A stretch of 59,307 nt of DNA, filler included, from Deltaproteobacteria bacterium (GTDB lineage: Bacteria > Myxococcota > JACRCW01): the NCBI GenBank assembly GCA_016218805.1. It is 3 parts of 3 records of this genome, joined end to end, with 100 filler letters (N's around TTAATTAATTAA, not from the genome) between each part and the next. Parts side by side here need not be neighbours in the genome. Positions count along the whole stretch, not along the records: positions 1 to 20,579 come from JACRCW010000014.1; 2 more parts are not named here. The stretch is one strand, 5' to 3'. Shown in pieces: positions 8,602 to 18,566 of the stretch. Position numbers and translations under genes: made by a program. Positions within the stretch are counted from its first letter, which is position 1. Each line of letters begins with the position of its first letter. The notes beneath the pieces are model-generated. The model ran no database searches. It was given only the letters and a program-made list of their open reading frames with translations, and had not been told where the DNA came from.

Positions 8602-11600
8602 GACGTCACCGTGTCCACGACGGGGCCCGGGCGCCGTTGGGGGAGCCCAAGCCACCGGGCCAGCCGCGCCTTGGCGCCCTCAATCACCAGGTAGAACACC
8701 GGCACCACCACCAGCGAAAGCATGGTGGAAGAGACCACCCCGCCGATGATCGCAATGGCCATGGGTGCGCGGAACTCGCTGCCTTCACCCGTGTTGAATG
8801 CGGTGGGCGCCATGCCCAGCACCATGGCGGCTGACGTCATCAGGATGGGCCGCAGGCGTTCCGGACCCGCCTTGAGCACCGCCTGCAGCGGTGTGTCGCC
8901 GTGCTCGCGGACGTGCACAATGGCCCGGTCAATCAGCAGGATGGCGTTCTTGGTGACCAGCCCCATCAACAGGATGATGCCAATGATGGCGCCCATGGCC
9001 AGCGTGTTGTTGGTGAGGAACAGGCTCAGCACGGCGCCCACCAGGGCCAGCGGCAGGGTGAGCATGATGGTGATGGGGTGGATGAAACTCTCAAACTGGC
9101 TTGCCAGCACCAGGTAGATGAACAGCACCCCCAGCAGCAGCGCCAGGCCCATGTTCGTGTTGGTTTCGTTCATCAGCCGGATTTGTCCGTCGTACGTGAT
9201 GGACCCGCCCACGGGCAGCGCGAGCTCCCGCAGCCGCGGCTCCATGTCGTCCACAATGTCCCCCAACGGGCGGCCGCGGGGGGCGGCCCACACCTGGATC
9301 TGGCGCGCGCGGTCTTCGCGTTCAATCACCTGCGGGGAGGCGCCGCGCACAAAGGTGGCCACGTCGCCCAGGCGCACCAGGCCGCGCTGGGTGGGGAGGG
9401 TCAGCTGCGCCAGCGCCTCCTCGGTGGCGCGGTCATCCGGGCGGTAGCGGACCTTGATGGGAATCTCATCCTTGCCCTGGCGCATCTTGCCGGCTTCCTG
9501 GCCCTCCATGGCGCTGCGCACCCCCATGGCCACCTGCGCCACGCTCAGGCCCATGTCCGCCGCGCGCTGCCGGTCCACCGACAATTGCAGCTCCGGTTTG
9601 CCGGGGCTGTACTTGAGTTCCACGTCCTGCACGCCGGGGGTGGTCTTGAGGATGTCCGCCACGCGCTCAGCCAGTGGCGCCACGTCTTCATAGGTGGGGC
9701 CGCGCACGTTGACCATGATGGGCGCTTCCGCCTGCGCGCCCTCCACAATGGCGGGGTCACTCACATTCACGCTGGCCTGCGGCAGCGCCGCGGCCGCACG
9801 CCGCGCCAGGTCCTTGAGCGCGGTGATGGGGACCGTGCGCTCTTCCTTGTTGGTGGTGACCACGCGCCAGGCCACCTTGTTGGCCTCGCCGTCGGGTCCC
9901 ACGGTGACAAACAGCGTGCGGAAGTGCGGGTTGCGCATGACCTCCGCCTCGCCCAGGGCGGACAGCCGGCTGGACTCCACCAGGGATGTGCCGCCGGGGA
10001 ATTCCAGTTGCACCAGGAACTGCCCCCGGTCCTCGGACGCCATGAACTCCGTGCCCATCAGCAGGCCCACCCAGCCCATCAGTGCCAGGCTGCCCAGGGA
10101 GGCGCCGCCCACGGCAAGCTTGTGGTGCACGCACCACGTCAGCAGCGCGCGGTAGGTCTCATCCAGGGCGCGGAAGAAGGCCTCAAACGGGCGCTTGAGG
10201 GCGTGGAACCGGTCGGACTTGTCGTGGATGTTGCGGCTGAACCGTGCGGACAGCATGGGGTCCAGCGTGAAGGCCACCACCAGGGACAGCAGCACGCTCA
10301 CGCTGACCGTGATGCCAAACTGGCGGAAGAACTGCCCAACAATCCCCTCCACAAACGCCACGGGGAGGAACACCGCCACAATGGTGAGTGTGGTGGCCAG
10401 CACGGACAGCGAAATCTCCTGGGTGCCATCCTGCGCCGCGCGGAACGGGTCCTTGCCGCGCTCCAGGTGCTTGAAGATGTTCTCGCGTACCACCACCGCG
10501 TCGTCGATGAGCAGCCCGATGGCCAGGCTCAGGCCCAGCAGCGTCATCATGTTGAGCGTGTAGCCCAGCGCGTACATGGCAAAGAACGTCCCGATGACGC
10601 TGGTGGGCAGCGCCACGGCGGAGATGAGCGTGCTGCGCAGGTCCAGCATGAAGATGAGGATGATGAGGATGGCCATGGCACCGCCAAACAGGATGGCCAC
10701 TTCCACCTCGTGCGCGTTCTCCTTCACAAAGCGCGCCTGCTCAACAATCACGGCGGGCTTGATGTCCGCGGGGAACGTCAGCTGCAGTTGCGCCAGCCGC
10801 GCCGCCACACCGTCGCTGACGGCCACCGTGTTGGACCCGGACTGTTTGAACACGTCAAAGGTGACGGCGTCCTGGCCGTTGACGCGCACCAGCGTGCGCA
10901 TCTCCTCAAAGCCGTCCTCCACCTCGGCCACGTCGCTCAGGCGCACGGCGCTGCCGTCCGGCCCGCTGGCGACAATGACCTGCCGTACGGCCTCCGCGGT
11001 GCCCAGCTCTCCCAGGGTGCGCACGCTGACCTCACGCGTGCCCTCTTCAAGGCGCCCGCCCGGCACCGTGAGGTTGGCCAGTTGCAGCCGCTGCACCAGC
11101 AGGGCCGGCGCCAGGCCCAGCGCGTCCGCGCGCGCGCGGTCCAGCTTGACGGTGATCTCGCGCGCCGCGCCGCCCTTCACCTCCACGCTGGCCACGCCGT
11201 CCACCTGCTCCAGGGCCGGCTTGACCACGTCCTCGGCAAACTTGCGGATTTCTGACAGCGGCCGCTGACCGCGCAGCGTGTAGGTCAGGATGGCGGCGGC
11301 GGAGATGTCAAAGCGGTTCACCGTGGGTTCCAGCACGTCGCGCGGGAGCTTGTAGCGGGCCTGGGACACGCGTTCGCGCACCTGGGTGGCGGCGTCCGCG
11401 GCGTTCACGTGCAGCTTGAAGATGACCAGCGTGGTGGAGAGGCCCTCGCGGCTGAAGGAGCGGACCCGGTCAATCCCGTTGAGGCTGATGACGGCGTCTT
11501 CCACCGGCCGGGTCACCAGGGTCTCCACCTCGGCGGGGGACGCGCCCGGGTAGGGGATGGCCACGGCCACCATGGGGAAGCTGACGTCAGGAAACAGGTC

Positions 11601-11702
11601 CGTGCCCAGGCGGGTGAGGCCCACCACGCCCAGCACCAGCAGGCCCGCGGCGCACATGGTGGTGAACACCGGGCGCCGGATGGCCACCGCGGACATGTTC
11701 AT
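8598..11702 (-). CDS. RND efflux permease (AcrB/AcrD/AcrF family)
   Basis: 1034 aa; [51 protein letters not shown] motifs. Confidence 0.95.
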   Translation of the reverse strand: MNMSAVAIRRPVFTTMCAAGLLVLGVVGLTRLGTDLFPDVSFPMVAVAIPYPGASPAEVETLVTRPVEDAVISLNGIDRVRSFSREGLSTTLVIFKLHVNAADAATQVRERVSQARYKLPRDVLEPTVNRFDISAAAILTYTLRGQRPLSEIRKFAEDVVKPALEQVDGVASVEVKGGAAREITVKLDRARADALGLAPALLVQRLQLANLTVPGGRLEEGTREVSVRTLGELGTAEAVRQVIVASGPDGSAVRLSDVAEVEDGFEEMRTLVRVNGQDAVTFDVFKQSGSNTVAVSDGVAARLAQLQLTFPADIKPAVIVEQARFVKENAHEVEVAILFGGAMAILIILIFMLDLRSTLISAVALPTSVIGTFFAMYALGYTLNMMTLLGLSLAIGLLIDDAVVVRENIFKHLERGKDPFRAAQDGTQEISLSVLATTLTIVAVFLPVAFVEGIVGQFFRQFGITVSVSVLLSLVVAFTLDPMLSARFSRNIHDKSDRFHALKRPFEAFFRALDETYRALLTWCVHHKLAVGGASLGSLALMGWVGLLMGTEFMASEDRGQFLVQLEFPGGTSLVESSRLSALGEAEVMRNPHFRTLFVTVGPDGEANKVAWRVVTTNKEERTVPITALKDLARRAAAALPQASVNVSDPAIVEGAQAEAPIMVNVRGPTYEDVAPLAERVADILKTTPGVQDVELKYSPGKPELQLSVDRQRAADMGLSVAQVAMGVRSAMEGQEAGKMRQGKDEIPIKVRYRPDDRATEEALAQLTLPTQRGLVRLGDVATFVRGASPQVIEREDRARQIQVWAAPRGRPLGDIVDDMEPRLRELALPVGGSITYDGQIRLMNETNTNMGLALLLGVLFIYLVLASQFESFIHPITIMLTLPLALVGAVLSLFLTNNTLAMGAIIGIILLMGLVTKNAILLIDRAIVHVREHGDTPLQAVLKAGPERLRPILMTSAAMVLGMAPTAFNTGEGSEFRAPMAIAIIGGVVSSTMLSLVVVPVFYLVIEGAKARLARWLGLPQRRPGPVVDTVTS

Positions 11703-12955
11703 CTGGCAACCTCGGGCACGCGCACCGTGTCACCGGCGCGCGCCTCCGCGGGCGGCTTGAGCAGCACGTGGTCGGTGGCGTTGAGGCCGGTGCGGACCAG
11801 CAGCGTCCCGTCAGCATCGCGCGAAAACACAATGCGCCGCGGCTGCAGCCGGCCGTCCTCCACCACCATGACTTCATCCTGTGCGCCCAGCCGCAGGGCG
11901 TCCGCCGGCAGCCGCAGCACGGGCAGGCCGGCCGTGCTGTGGACCACCGCCTTGACCAGCGTGCCCGCGTACACGGGGTTGTTCACGTCATTCTGCGCCA
12001 CCGCCTCAAGGGGCACGCGCCGGGTCATGGGGTCGGTCGTCGGCAGCACCGCGGTGACCTTGCCGGACAGGATGCGGTTCTGGACAAAGATCTCCACCGG
12101 GCTCCCCACGCGCAGCAGAAGCGCGTCTTCAGGGGTCACGGTCCCCTGGAAGCGCATCTGCGAATGGTCCACCACGCGGAACAGCGGGATGCCCGGCCCC
12201 ACCACCGTGCCCGCCGTGGTGGGCGCGCGCACCACCACGCCGTTGATGGGGCTTTCCATGACGTGGTTGCCCAGGAACACGTTGCCCAGCGCCACCTGGC
12301 TGCGGGCGGCCTCCAGTTGCGCCTCCGCCAGCATCACCTGTCCCTGCGCCTGCACCCCCGCGCTCTGCGGGGCCGCGCCCTTCTCCACCAGCGGCAGCGT
12401 GCGCGTCAGCCCGTCCTGCGCCAGCGCCAGCTGGGCTTCCACCGCCTTGACCTGCGCCGCCGCGGCGCGCACCTGCGCCTGCGCCTGTTCCGTGTCCAGC
12501 GCGGCCAGCACCTGGCCCTTGCGGACCACGTCTCCCAGCTTGGCGCGGATCTCCTGCAACCGCCCGCTGGCCATAAACCCCACGTCCGCCTCCTTGAGCA
12601 GCCCCAGCGTGCCTTCCACGCGCACGGTGGGCGTCCACGTGGCGGCGGTAGGTTGGATCACCTGGCCTTCCACGCGCGCTGCCGTGGCCGCTGCCGTCAT
12701 GGCCGCACGCGCCGCTGCCGCCTGCTGCGCGCGCTCCTGCTCCAGCGCCTGGCGCATGGCGGTGGTGTCCGCCAGCCGCACCCACAGCCAGCCTCCCACG
12801 CCCAGCACGGCCAGCAGTGACGCCGCCGCAATGATGGGGTTGGCGCGCGCTGGGGGCGCCACCGCCGGCTCCCGCGCCTGCGTTTCTGCGCCCCCGTTGT
12901 CCTGGGGCCTGTCCGGCGCGCGTTCCCGCGCGCCCGTCACCTGCTCAACCTGCAT
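11699..12955 (-). CDS. RND efflux periplasmic adaptor (membrane fusion protein)
   Basis: TM anchor, lipoyl motifs GDVVRKGQVLA and SPINGVV, helical hairpin; ATGA-coupled to the permease. Confidence 0.92.
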   Translation of the reverse strand: MQVEQVTGARERAPDRPQDNGGAETQAREPAVAPPARANPIIAAASLLAVLGVGGWLWVRLADTTAMRQALEQERAQQAAAARAAMTAAATAARVEGQVIQPTAATWTPTVRVEGTLGLLKEADVGFMASGRLQEIRAKLGDVVRKGQVLAALDTEQAQAQVRAAAAQVKAVEAQLALAQDGLTRTLPLVEKGAAPQSAGVQAQGQVMLAEAQLEAARSQVALGNVFLGNHVMESPINGVVVRAPTTAGTVVGPGIPLFRVVDHSQMRFQGTVTPEDALLLRVGSPVEIFVQNRILSGKVTAVLPTTDPMTRRVPLEAVAQNDVNNPVYAGTLVKAVVHSTAGLPVLRLPADALRLGAQDEVMVVEDGRLQPRRIVFSRDADGTLLVRTGLNATDHVLLKPPAEARAGDTVRVPEVAR

Positions 12956-12958
12956 GGT

Positions 12959-13618
12959 TCACCCGGCCTTCCGATCCGGCGCCGCGGCGGGCGTCAGCCC
13001 GTCCAACAGCGCCAGGAGGCGGGGCGTTCCCAGCCCCCGCGTCACCAACCTGCTCACCTCTGACACCCAACCGGCAATGTCCGGCTTGTGCTCCGCGGTG
13101 ATCACCGCCCGCGCCACCCGGTCGTACGCGCCGGCCACTGCCATGGACGCCACTTCCAGGTCCACGTCGTCACGGTACAGTCCCTGCGCCTGCCCCCAGC
13201 GCAGCCATTGCAGCGTGCTGGCGCGCGCCTTTTCAGCAAAACCGTCCACCAGGTGGCGGTAGTCCATGGACCCCGCGCCCGTGAGCACCATGCGGCACAC
13301 CGCGCGGCGCTCCCACAGGAACTCAAACACCCGCTGGTCCGCCGCCGCCGCGCGCAGCAGCAGCTCCGCCGCATCCGCCAGGTCGCTTCCCTGGGGCGGC
13401 GGCATGATGGCCGCGTCCAGGTCCCGCGTGAGCGCCTCCACAATCTGCTGGAACGCCTCCTCCTTGCTCTTGAAGTGCAGGTAGAAGCTCCCCTTGGAGC
13501 GGCCCGCACGCGCGGTGATGTCCTCCACCCGCGCCCCCTCCAGCCCGTGCGCCACAAACTCAGTGACCGCCGCCGCCAACAGCTCCTCGCGCGCAAGCGG
13601 ATCTCTTGGACGACCCAT
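12959..13618 (-). CDS. TetR/AcrR family transcriptional regulator
   Basis: HTH RVEDITARAGRSKGSFYLHFKSKEE; first gene of the efflux operon; GAGGAG RBS. Confidence 0.93.
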   Translation of the reverse strand: MGRPRDPLAREELLAAAVTEFVAHGLEGARVEDITARAGRSKGSFYLHFKSKEEAFQQIVEALTRDLDAAIMPPPQGSDLADAAELLLRAAAADQRVFEFLWERRAVCRMVLTGAGSMDYRHLVDGFAEKARASTLQWLRWGQAQGLYRDDVDLEVASMAVAGAYDRVARAVITAEHKPDIAGWVSEVSRLVTRGLGTPRLLALLDGLTPAAAPDRKAG

Positions 13619-13630
13619 GGGCTCCTCAGA

Positions 13631-13646
13631 ATGACCGGCGGGTCAT
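13631..13646. promoter_or_regulatory. Probable TetR operator ATGACC-N4-GGTCAT
   Basis: Perfect 6-bp inverted repeat 13 nt upstream of the tetR start. Confidence 0.6.
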
Positions 13647-13912
13647 CAATACGCAGAGGACCCGGGCGCGCAAGCGGCAGCGGGAGCCGCGCCGGCGCGG
13701 GCACCGTCAGCGGGCCGGCCGCAGTGGGGGTGGTGGTGGAATGGGCCTACCGCCCCCGGGTCGGGTTGGCTGGGAGTGGGGGCCGGCGTTGGCCCCCGGT
13801 TCGCTGACGACGCCCAGCACTCATGGTGGTCTGCTTCCACCCAGGCGGTTCCTCGGGCGCTGGGAACGGGCGTATGTTCCGCGCCCGCGCGTGATGCGGG
13901 ATGGGAGCGCAC

Positions 13913-14710
13913 ATGAAGTTCCGGACGTTCAGGTTGGCGGTGGTGGGGGGCGGTCTGCTCGCGGCGGCGGGGCTCGTCGGGTTCTGCGCAACGCGGCCGG
14001 CGTCGTCGCAACCGCCCAAGCAGATCAAGCCGGCGCCGCAGGTCCTGGCGCCCGCGCCCCGGCCGCTGGCGGTGGCGCCCGCAGCACCGGCGGCGGCGCC
14101 GGGAGAGGCCGCGCACGTGGCGTACCTGGTGCGGACGCTGGGGCAGGCGGCCGGTTCGGACAAGCAAAAGGACGCGCTGGGAGGCGCGGGGGCCAAGGTC
14201 AACCTGTACGCGGAGAACGGCCGGTGGGCGCGCGCCAAGGTGGACCTCAACCGCAACGAAAAGTGGGACGAGAAATGGGAACTGGACGGCACCGCGGTGA
14301 AGCGCGAGGTGGCCCCGGCGGATGACGAGGCGTACTCGGTGTCATCCACCTGGAATGGGACGGCGTGGTCTGGCGCGGGCGCTGCCCCCGCCGCCGCTGC
14401 GCCGGCCGCGGTGGCCGCGCCGGCGGGGGGCCCGCGTGAGGTGGATTCCGCGGTGCTCACCGCCCTGCAGGGCGCCGTGCGCGAGAAGGTGAAGGACGCG
14501 CTGCCGGGCCGGCCGTACAAGATCAACCTGTATTCCGACGACGGGAAGCGCTTCAACCGCGCCAAGGTGGACCTCAACCGCAACGACAAGTGGGATGAGA
14601 AGTGGGAGGTGGACGCCGCCGGCACCATCACCCGTGAGGTCGCCCCGGCGGACGACGAGAAGTACGCGCAGAAGTTTGAGCTCCGGGGAGGGGCCTGGGT
14701 GGCGCGTTGA
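13913..14710 (+). CDS. Exported protein with two tandem copies of an approximately 75-aa domain
   Basis: ATG after GGGAG; signal/TM, Pro-Ala linker; repeats NLY..RAKVDLNRN(E/D)KWDEKWE..REVAPADDE.Y. Confidence 0.75.
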   Translation: MKFRTFRLAVVGGGLLAAAGLVGFCATRPASSQPPKQIKPAPQVLAPAPRPLAVAPAAPAAAPGEAAHVAYLVRTLGQAAGSDKQKDALGGAGAKVNLYAENGRWARAKVDLNRNEKWDEKWELDGTAVKREVAPADDEAYSVSSTWNGTAWSGAGAAPAAAAPAAVAAPAGGPREVDSAVLTALQGAVREKVKDALPGRPYKINLYSDDGKRFNRAKVDLNRNDKWDEKWEVDAAGTITREVAPADDEKYAQKFELRGGAWVAR

Positions 14711-14759
14711 CGTCGGCAGAAAACATGCGCCGGCACCGCGGGGCCGCTAGGGTGGACGC

Positions 14760-15515
14760 GTGACACCCGTTCTTGCCGCGGAGGATCTGCGGGTCGTGCT
14801 GGGCGGGCGCACGGTCATTGCCGGCGCCTCGCTGTCCCTGTCCGCCGGCGAGTTTGTCCTGCTGCTGGGGCGCAGCGGCACCGGCAAGAGCGTGCTCATC
14901 AAGGCGGCGCTGGGCTTCCTCCCGGTGGCCGGTGGCACCGTGCGCCTGGACGGGCAGCCGCGTGACCCCGCGCGGCAGGGCGCAGCGTTGCGGGACCGCG
15001 TGGTGCTGGTGCACCAGGCGCCCGCGCTGCTGGACGACGAGACCGCGCTCCACAATGTCGCCCTGCCGTGGTGCTGGCGGACCGGCGGATCCGCGCGCGC
15101 GGGGCGGCAGCGGGCGGCACGTGCGCTGGAGCAACTCGGCGCCGCCGCGTTGGCCCCGCGCGAGGCCGCGTCGCTGTCGGCGGGGGAACGCAAGCTGGTC
15201 TCGCTGGCCCGCGCCCTTGCGGTGGAGCCGCGTGCGGTCCTGTTGGACGAGCCCACCACCGGGCTGGACGCCGCCTCCGCCCGCCGCGTTGCGCTGGCGT
15301 GCGCCACCGTGCAGCGCGCCGGCACCGCCGTGCTGGTGGTCACCCATGACGTGCAGCCGTTCCATGACGTCGCCACGCGCGTGTGCCTGCTCCACGGCGG
15401 CCGCGTGTTGTCTGACCGCAGGGCGGCGGATGCGTGGGCGCGGCCGGATGAAGCGCTGGCGCAGTTCCTGGCCGGGGCCGTGCACGGCCCGTTGTCCCAG
15501 GGGGTGGCGGCGTGA
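14760..15515 (+). CDS. ABC transporter ATP-binding protein (MlaF-like)
   Basis: Walker A GRSGTGKS, signature LSAGERK, Walker B VLLDEPTTGLD, H-loop VTHD; coupled to an MlaD gene. Confidence 0.85.
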   Translation: MTPVLAAEDLRVVLGGRTVIAGASLSLSAGEFVLLLGRSGTGKSVLIKAALGFLPVAGGTVRLDGQPRDPARQGAALRDRVVLVHQAPALLDDETALHNVALPWCWRTGGSARAGRQRAARALEQLGAAALAPREAASLSAGERKLVSLARALAVEPRAVLLDEPTTGLDAASARRVALACATVQRAGTAVLVVTHDVQPFHDVATRVCLLHGGRVLSDRRAADAWARPDEALAQFLAGAVHGPLSQGVAA

Positions 15516-16606
15516 GTGACCGCGCGCTCGAGGTGCGCGTCGGCGCATTCACGCTCGGGGCGCTGGCGCTGCTGGGCGCGCTGTACTTCGTGGTGGGCAA
15601 CCCGGTGCTGGGGCCCGGGGTGAACGTGGCGGTGGACTACGCGTTCAGCGGGCCCATCAAGCCGGGCGCGTCCGTGCGCATCAGCGGGGTCACCGTGGGC
15701 CGCGTTCAGGAGGTGGAGTTCCTGGGCAACCGCCCCACGGATGCGCCGCCGGACCATCCGCTGGTGCGGCTGCACCTGTTTGTCCAGGCGCGGGCGCGGC
15801 CGCTGCTGACGGAGGGCAGCCGCTTCCACGTCACCACGCTGGGCGTGCTGGGCGAGCACTACATAGACATCCTCCCCGGCCCGGCGGGCGCGGCCCAGCT
15901 GGCTGAGGGGGCGGTGGCGCGCGGGGTGGATTCGCCGCGCACGGACCTGCTGATGGCCCGCATGGCGCAGTTGATGGACCAGGTGGGGCGCGTGCTGGAC
16001 GACAACGACACGCAGCTCAAAGACCTGTTGGGCGCTGCCACCCGCCTGCTGCTGCAGGTGGACGTGATTCTCAAGGACCGGGACGTGGCGGGCCTGCTCA
16101 ACGACGCGCAGGGCACCCTCACGGACATCCGCGCGCTGCTGGGCGCCACGCGCAAGGCGCTGCGGGACCCTGAGGCCATCTCGTCCATGGTGGCGGACGG
16201 GCGGGCCATGGCGCAGGAGGGGCGTGTGGTGATGGGTGACCTCAAGCAGGTGCTGACCGGCGTGAAAGGCCAGGTCCCTGAGGTGATGACCCGCGCCAAC
16301 CTGGTGCTGGGCCAGGCGGAGCAACTCACCGTGCGCGTGGACGTGCTGCTGCGCGCGCTGGAGAAGTCCGGCTTGGCGGATGAAGGGAAGCTCGCGTCGC
16401 TGCTGGCGCGCGGGGAGACGGTGATGGAGCGGGCGGACAAGCTGTCCACGCGCGCGGACGCGCTGCTGCAGCGGCTGGAAAAGGGCGAAGGCACCGTGGG
16501 CAAGCTCATGAAGGACGACAAGGTCTACGAGGACCTCAAGGCGCTGCTGTCCGACCTGCGCGCCAACCCCTGGAAGCTGATGCTGCCCGGCCGCAAGAAC
16601 GACTGA
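15512..16606 (+). CDS. mlaD: MCE/MlaD family protein
   Basis: EVRVGAF TM start; GASVRISGVTVGRV, GVLGEHYIDI; C-terminal GEGTVGKLMKD..DLRANPWK. Confidence 0.88.
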   Translation: MSDRALEVRVGAFTLGALALLGALYFVVGNPVLGPGVNVAVDYAFSGPIKPGASVRISGVTVGRVQEVEFLGNRPTDAPPDHPLVRLHLFVQARARPLLTEGSRFHVTTLGVLGEHYIDILPGPAGAAQLAEGAVARGVDSPRTDLLMARMAQLMDQVGRVLDDNDTQLKDLLGAATRLLLQVDVILKDRDVAGLLNDAQGTLTDIRALLGATRKALRDPEAISSMVADGRAMAQEGRVVMGDLKQVLTGVKGQVPEVMTRANLVLGQAEQLTVRVDVLLRALEKSGLADEGKLASLLARGETVMERADKLSTRADALLQRLEKGEGTVGKLMKDDKVYEDLKALLSDLRANPWKLMLPGRKND

Positions 16607-16673
16607 CACGGGGGAACGCGCGGGTGCGGCCCTCGCCGTCACGCCGCCCGCCCGGTCGTGCTAGGTCAGCGCC

Positions 16674-17201
16674 ATGAACAAGCAGGATCGCATGCGCATT
16701 GAGAGTTTTGCCTCAGCGGCCCGCCGCTGGTGTCGTCACGTGGAGAAGAGCGCGGGCGGGCCGTGCACGCGGGAGGCGCTGACGGAAACCGCCGCGCTGC
16801 TGGCGGACGTCTACCAGCGCGGCCTGCGGTTGCCGGACGTGCCCGCCGGGGTGGCGGCCGCTCCGGAGCCCGCCGCGGCGGCGCTGGCGGCTTGGCGCCC
16901 CGCCGGCTCCTGGGACCGCTACCAGGACATCTTTGACGCGTACGAGGACGACCGCGCGGTGATGAGTTCGCTGGAGCAGGACGTGCTGGACGTCTACCGC
17001 GACTTGAAGCGTGGCCTGGCGCGCGCGGCGGACCGCACCGCGGGCGCGCTGCAGGACGCCGCGTGGGACTGGCGCGCGCACTTCCTGTCCCACTGGGGCC
17101 GCCACGCGGTGGCCGCGCTGCGCGCCGTGCACCACGCGCTGGCCGCCCGCTCCTTTGACGGCGGCCCGGTCCCCGCGCGGGCGCGGACCGCGCGGTCCTG
17201 A
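16674..17201 (+). CDS. DUF5063-like protein
   Basis: YQDIFDAY..SLEQDVLDVYRDLKRGL..WDWR..F..HWGRHA..ALRAVH pattern. Confidence 0.7.
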   Translation: MNKQDRMRIESFASAARRWCRHVEKSAGGPCTREALTETAALLADVYQRGLRLPDVPAGVAAAPEPAAAALAAWRPAGSWDRYQDIFDAYEDDRAVMSSLEQDVLDVYRDLKRGLARAADRTAGALQDAAWDWRAHFLSHWGRHAVAALRAVHHALAARSFDGGPVPARARTARS

Positions 17202-17244
17202 CGGCGCTTGCCGCCACGCCGCGCCCCCCGCTACGCGTGCCGCC

Positions 17245-18258
17245 ATGGCCGCCCAGAAATCCGCTGACAAGGACGCGCTTCCCGCCGTGGCCTGGCTGTG
17301 CGGCGAAGAACGCCTGCTGGTGGACGACGCGCACGAGCGCCTGCGGGCCCGCGTGCTGGCGGTGTTGCAGGCGCCCGACTTCAACCATGACCGGGTGAGC
17401 GCGCGCGGGCTGCCGGTGGACCAGCTGGTGGGCATGTGCCGCACGCTGCCGGTGATGAGCCCGCGCCGCCTGGTGGAGGTGCGTGACGCGGAGCTGTTCC
17501 CCACCGCGGAGCACGACAAGCTGGTGGCGTACGTGAAGGAACCGGACCCCTCCTGCACGCTGATCCTGGTGGCGGACGGCAAGCCGGACATGCGGATGAA
17601 GCTGTTCAAGGAGCTCAACACGCTGGGCGTGCTCAAGCTGTTTGCCCGTCCCAGTGAGCGCGAAGTCCCCGCCTGGATCACGCAGCGCGCGCGCAAGCAC
17701 GGGATCATGGTGGACGGGGGTGCGGCGGACAGCCTGGCGGCGGCCATTGGCGCGGACCTGATGCTGCTGGAGCGCGCGCTGGAGAAGCTGCGGCTGGTGG
17801 TGGGGGAGGGCGGGGTGGTCAGCGAGGACCACGTTGCCACGCACGTGGCGCAGACGCGCGTGGAGACCAGCTTCCGGATTGTGGACGCCATGTCCGCGGG
17901 CAAGATGGGGGAGGCCCTGCAGATCACTTTGGCCGTGGTGGACGCGGGTGAGCCGCCCATCCGCCTGTTGGGCGCGCTGGCGTGGGCGCAGCGCAACTCC
18001 ATCCGGTTTCTGGACCGGCTGCTGGACGGCGTGCCGCTGGCGGACGCCGCGCGCGAATGCCGCATGTTCAACGCCGGCGCCGCGGAGAAGCGCGTCCGGC
18101 GCGCGGGGCGGGACGGGCTGGTGGCGGGACTGCTGGCGCTGGCTGACGCGGAACGCGCGCTGAAATCCAGCGGCGGCGCTGACGACGAAGCGGTGCTGGT
18201 GGAGCTGCTGTTCCGCCTGCGGGACGCACACGCCGGCACGCGGCCGCGCGCCGCCTGA
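17245..18258 (+). CDS. holA: DNA polymerase III subunit delta
   Basis: WLCGEERLL, DFN, TLPVMSPRRLVEV, IGADL..LEKL, AERALKS; typical length from ATG 17245. Confidence 0.88.
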   Translation: MAAQKSADKDALPAVAWLCGEERLLVDDAHERLRARVLAVLQAPDFNHDRVSARGLPVDQLVGMCRTLPVMSPRRLVEVRDAELFPTAEHDKLVAYVKEPDPSCTLILVADGKPDMRMKLFKELNTLGVLKLFARPSEREVPAWITQRARKHGIMVDGGAADSLAAAIGADLMLLERALEKLRLVVGEGGVVSEDHVATHVAQTRVETSFRIVDAMSAGKMGEALQITLAVVDAGEPPIRLLGALAWAQRNSIRFLDRLLDGVPLADAARECRMFNAGAAEKRVRRAGRDGLVAGLLALADAERALKSSGGADDEAVLVELLFRLRDAHAGTRPRAA

Positions 18259-18558
18259 TCAGTGTGAGGGCGGCGGGATCAGCAGGCGCCGGTCACGCCA
18301 GGCCCGCAGCAGGCTCACCAGGTTGCCCAGCACCAGCAGGCTGATGAACGTGAAGAACGCGGCCGGGCGCACGGGTTGGAACGCGTGCGGCAGCATCACC
18401 AGGTGGATCTGGCGGCCCGTGACCATGACAAAGAACCCCCACGCGCCCACCGCCGCGGCCAACGCAATGCCCAACAGCGCGCCGGCGTAGCGGCTGTACA
18501 GGCTCACGCCAAACCAGCCGAGCACAAGCCCGACGAGAACGCCCTGCTCCAGCGTCAT
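18259..18558 (-). CDS. Small integral membrane protein
   Basis: 99 aa with about three hydrophobic segments; directly downstream of the co-oriented coiled-coil gene. Confidence 0.6.
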   Translation of the reverse strand: MTLEQGVLVGLVLGWFGVSLYSRYAGALLGIALAAAVGAWGFFVMVTGRQIHLVMLPHAFQPVRPAAFFTFISLLVLGNLVSLLRAWRDRRLLIPPPSH

Positions 18559-18566
18559 GCGGGCGG

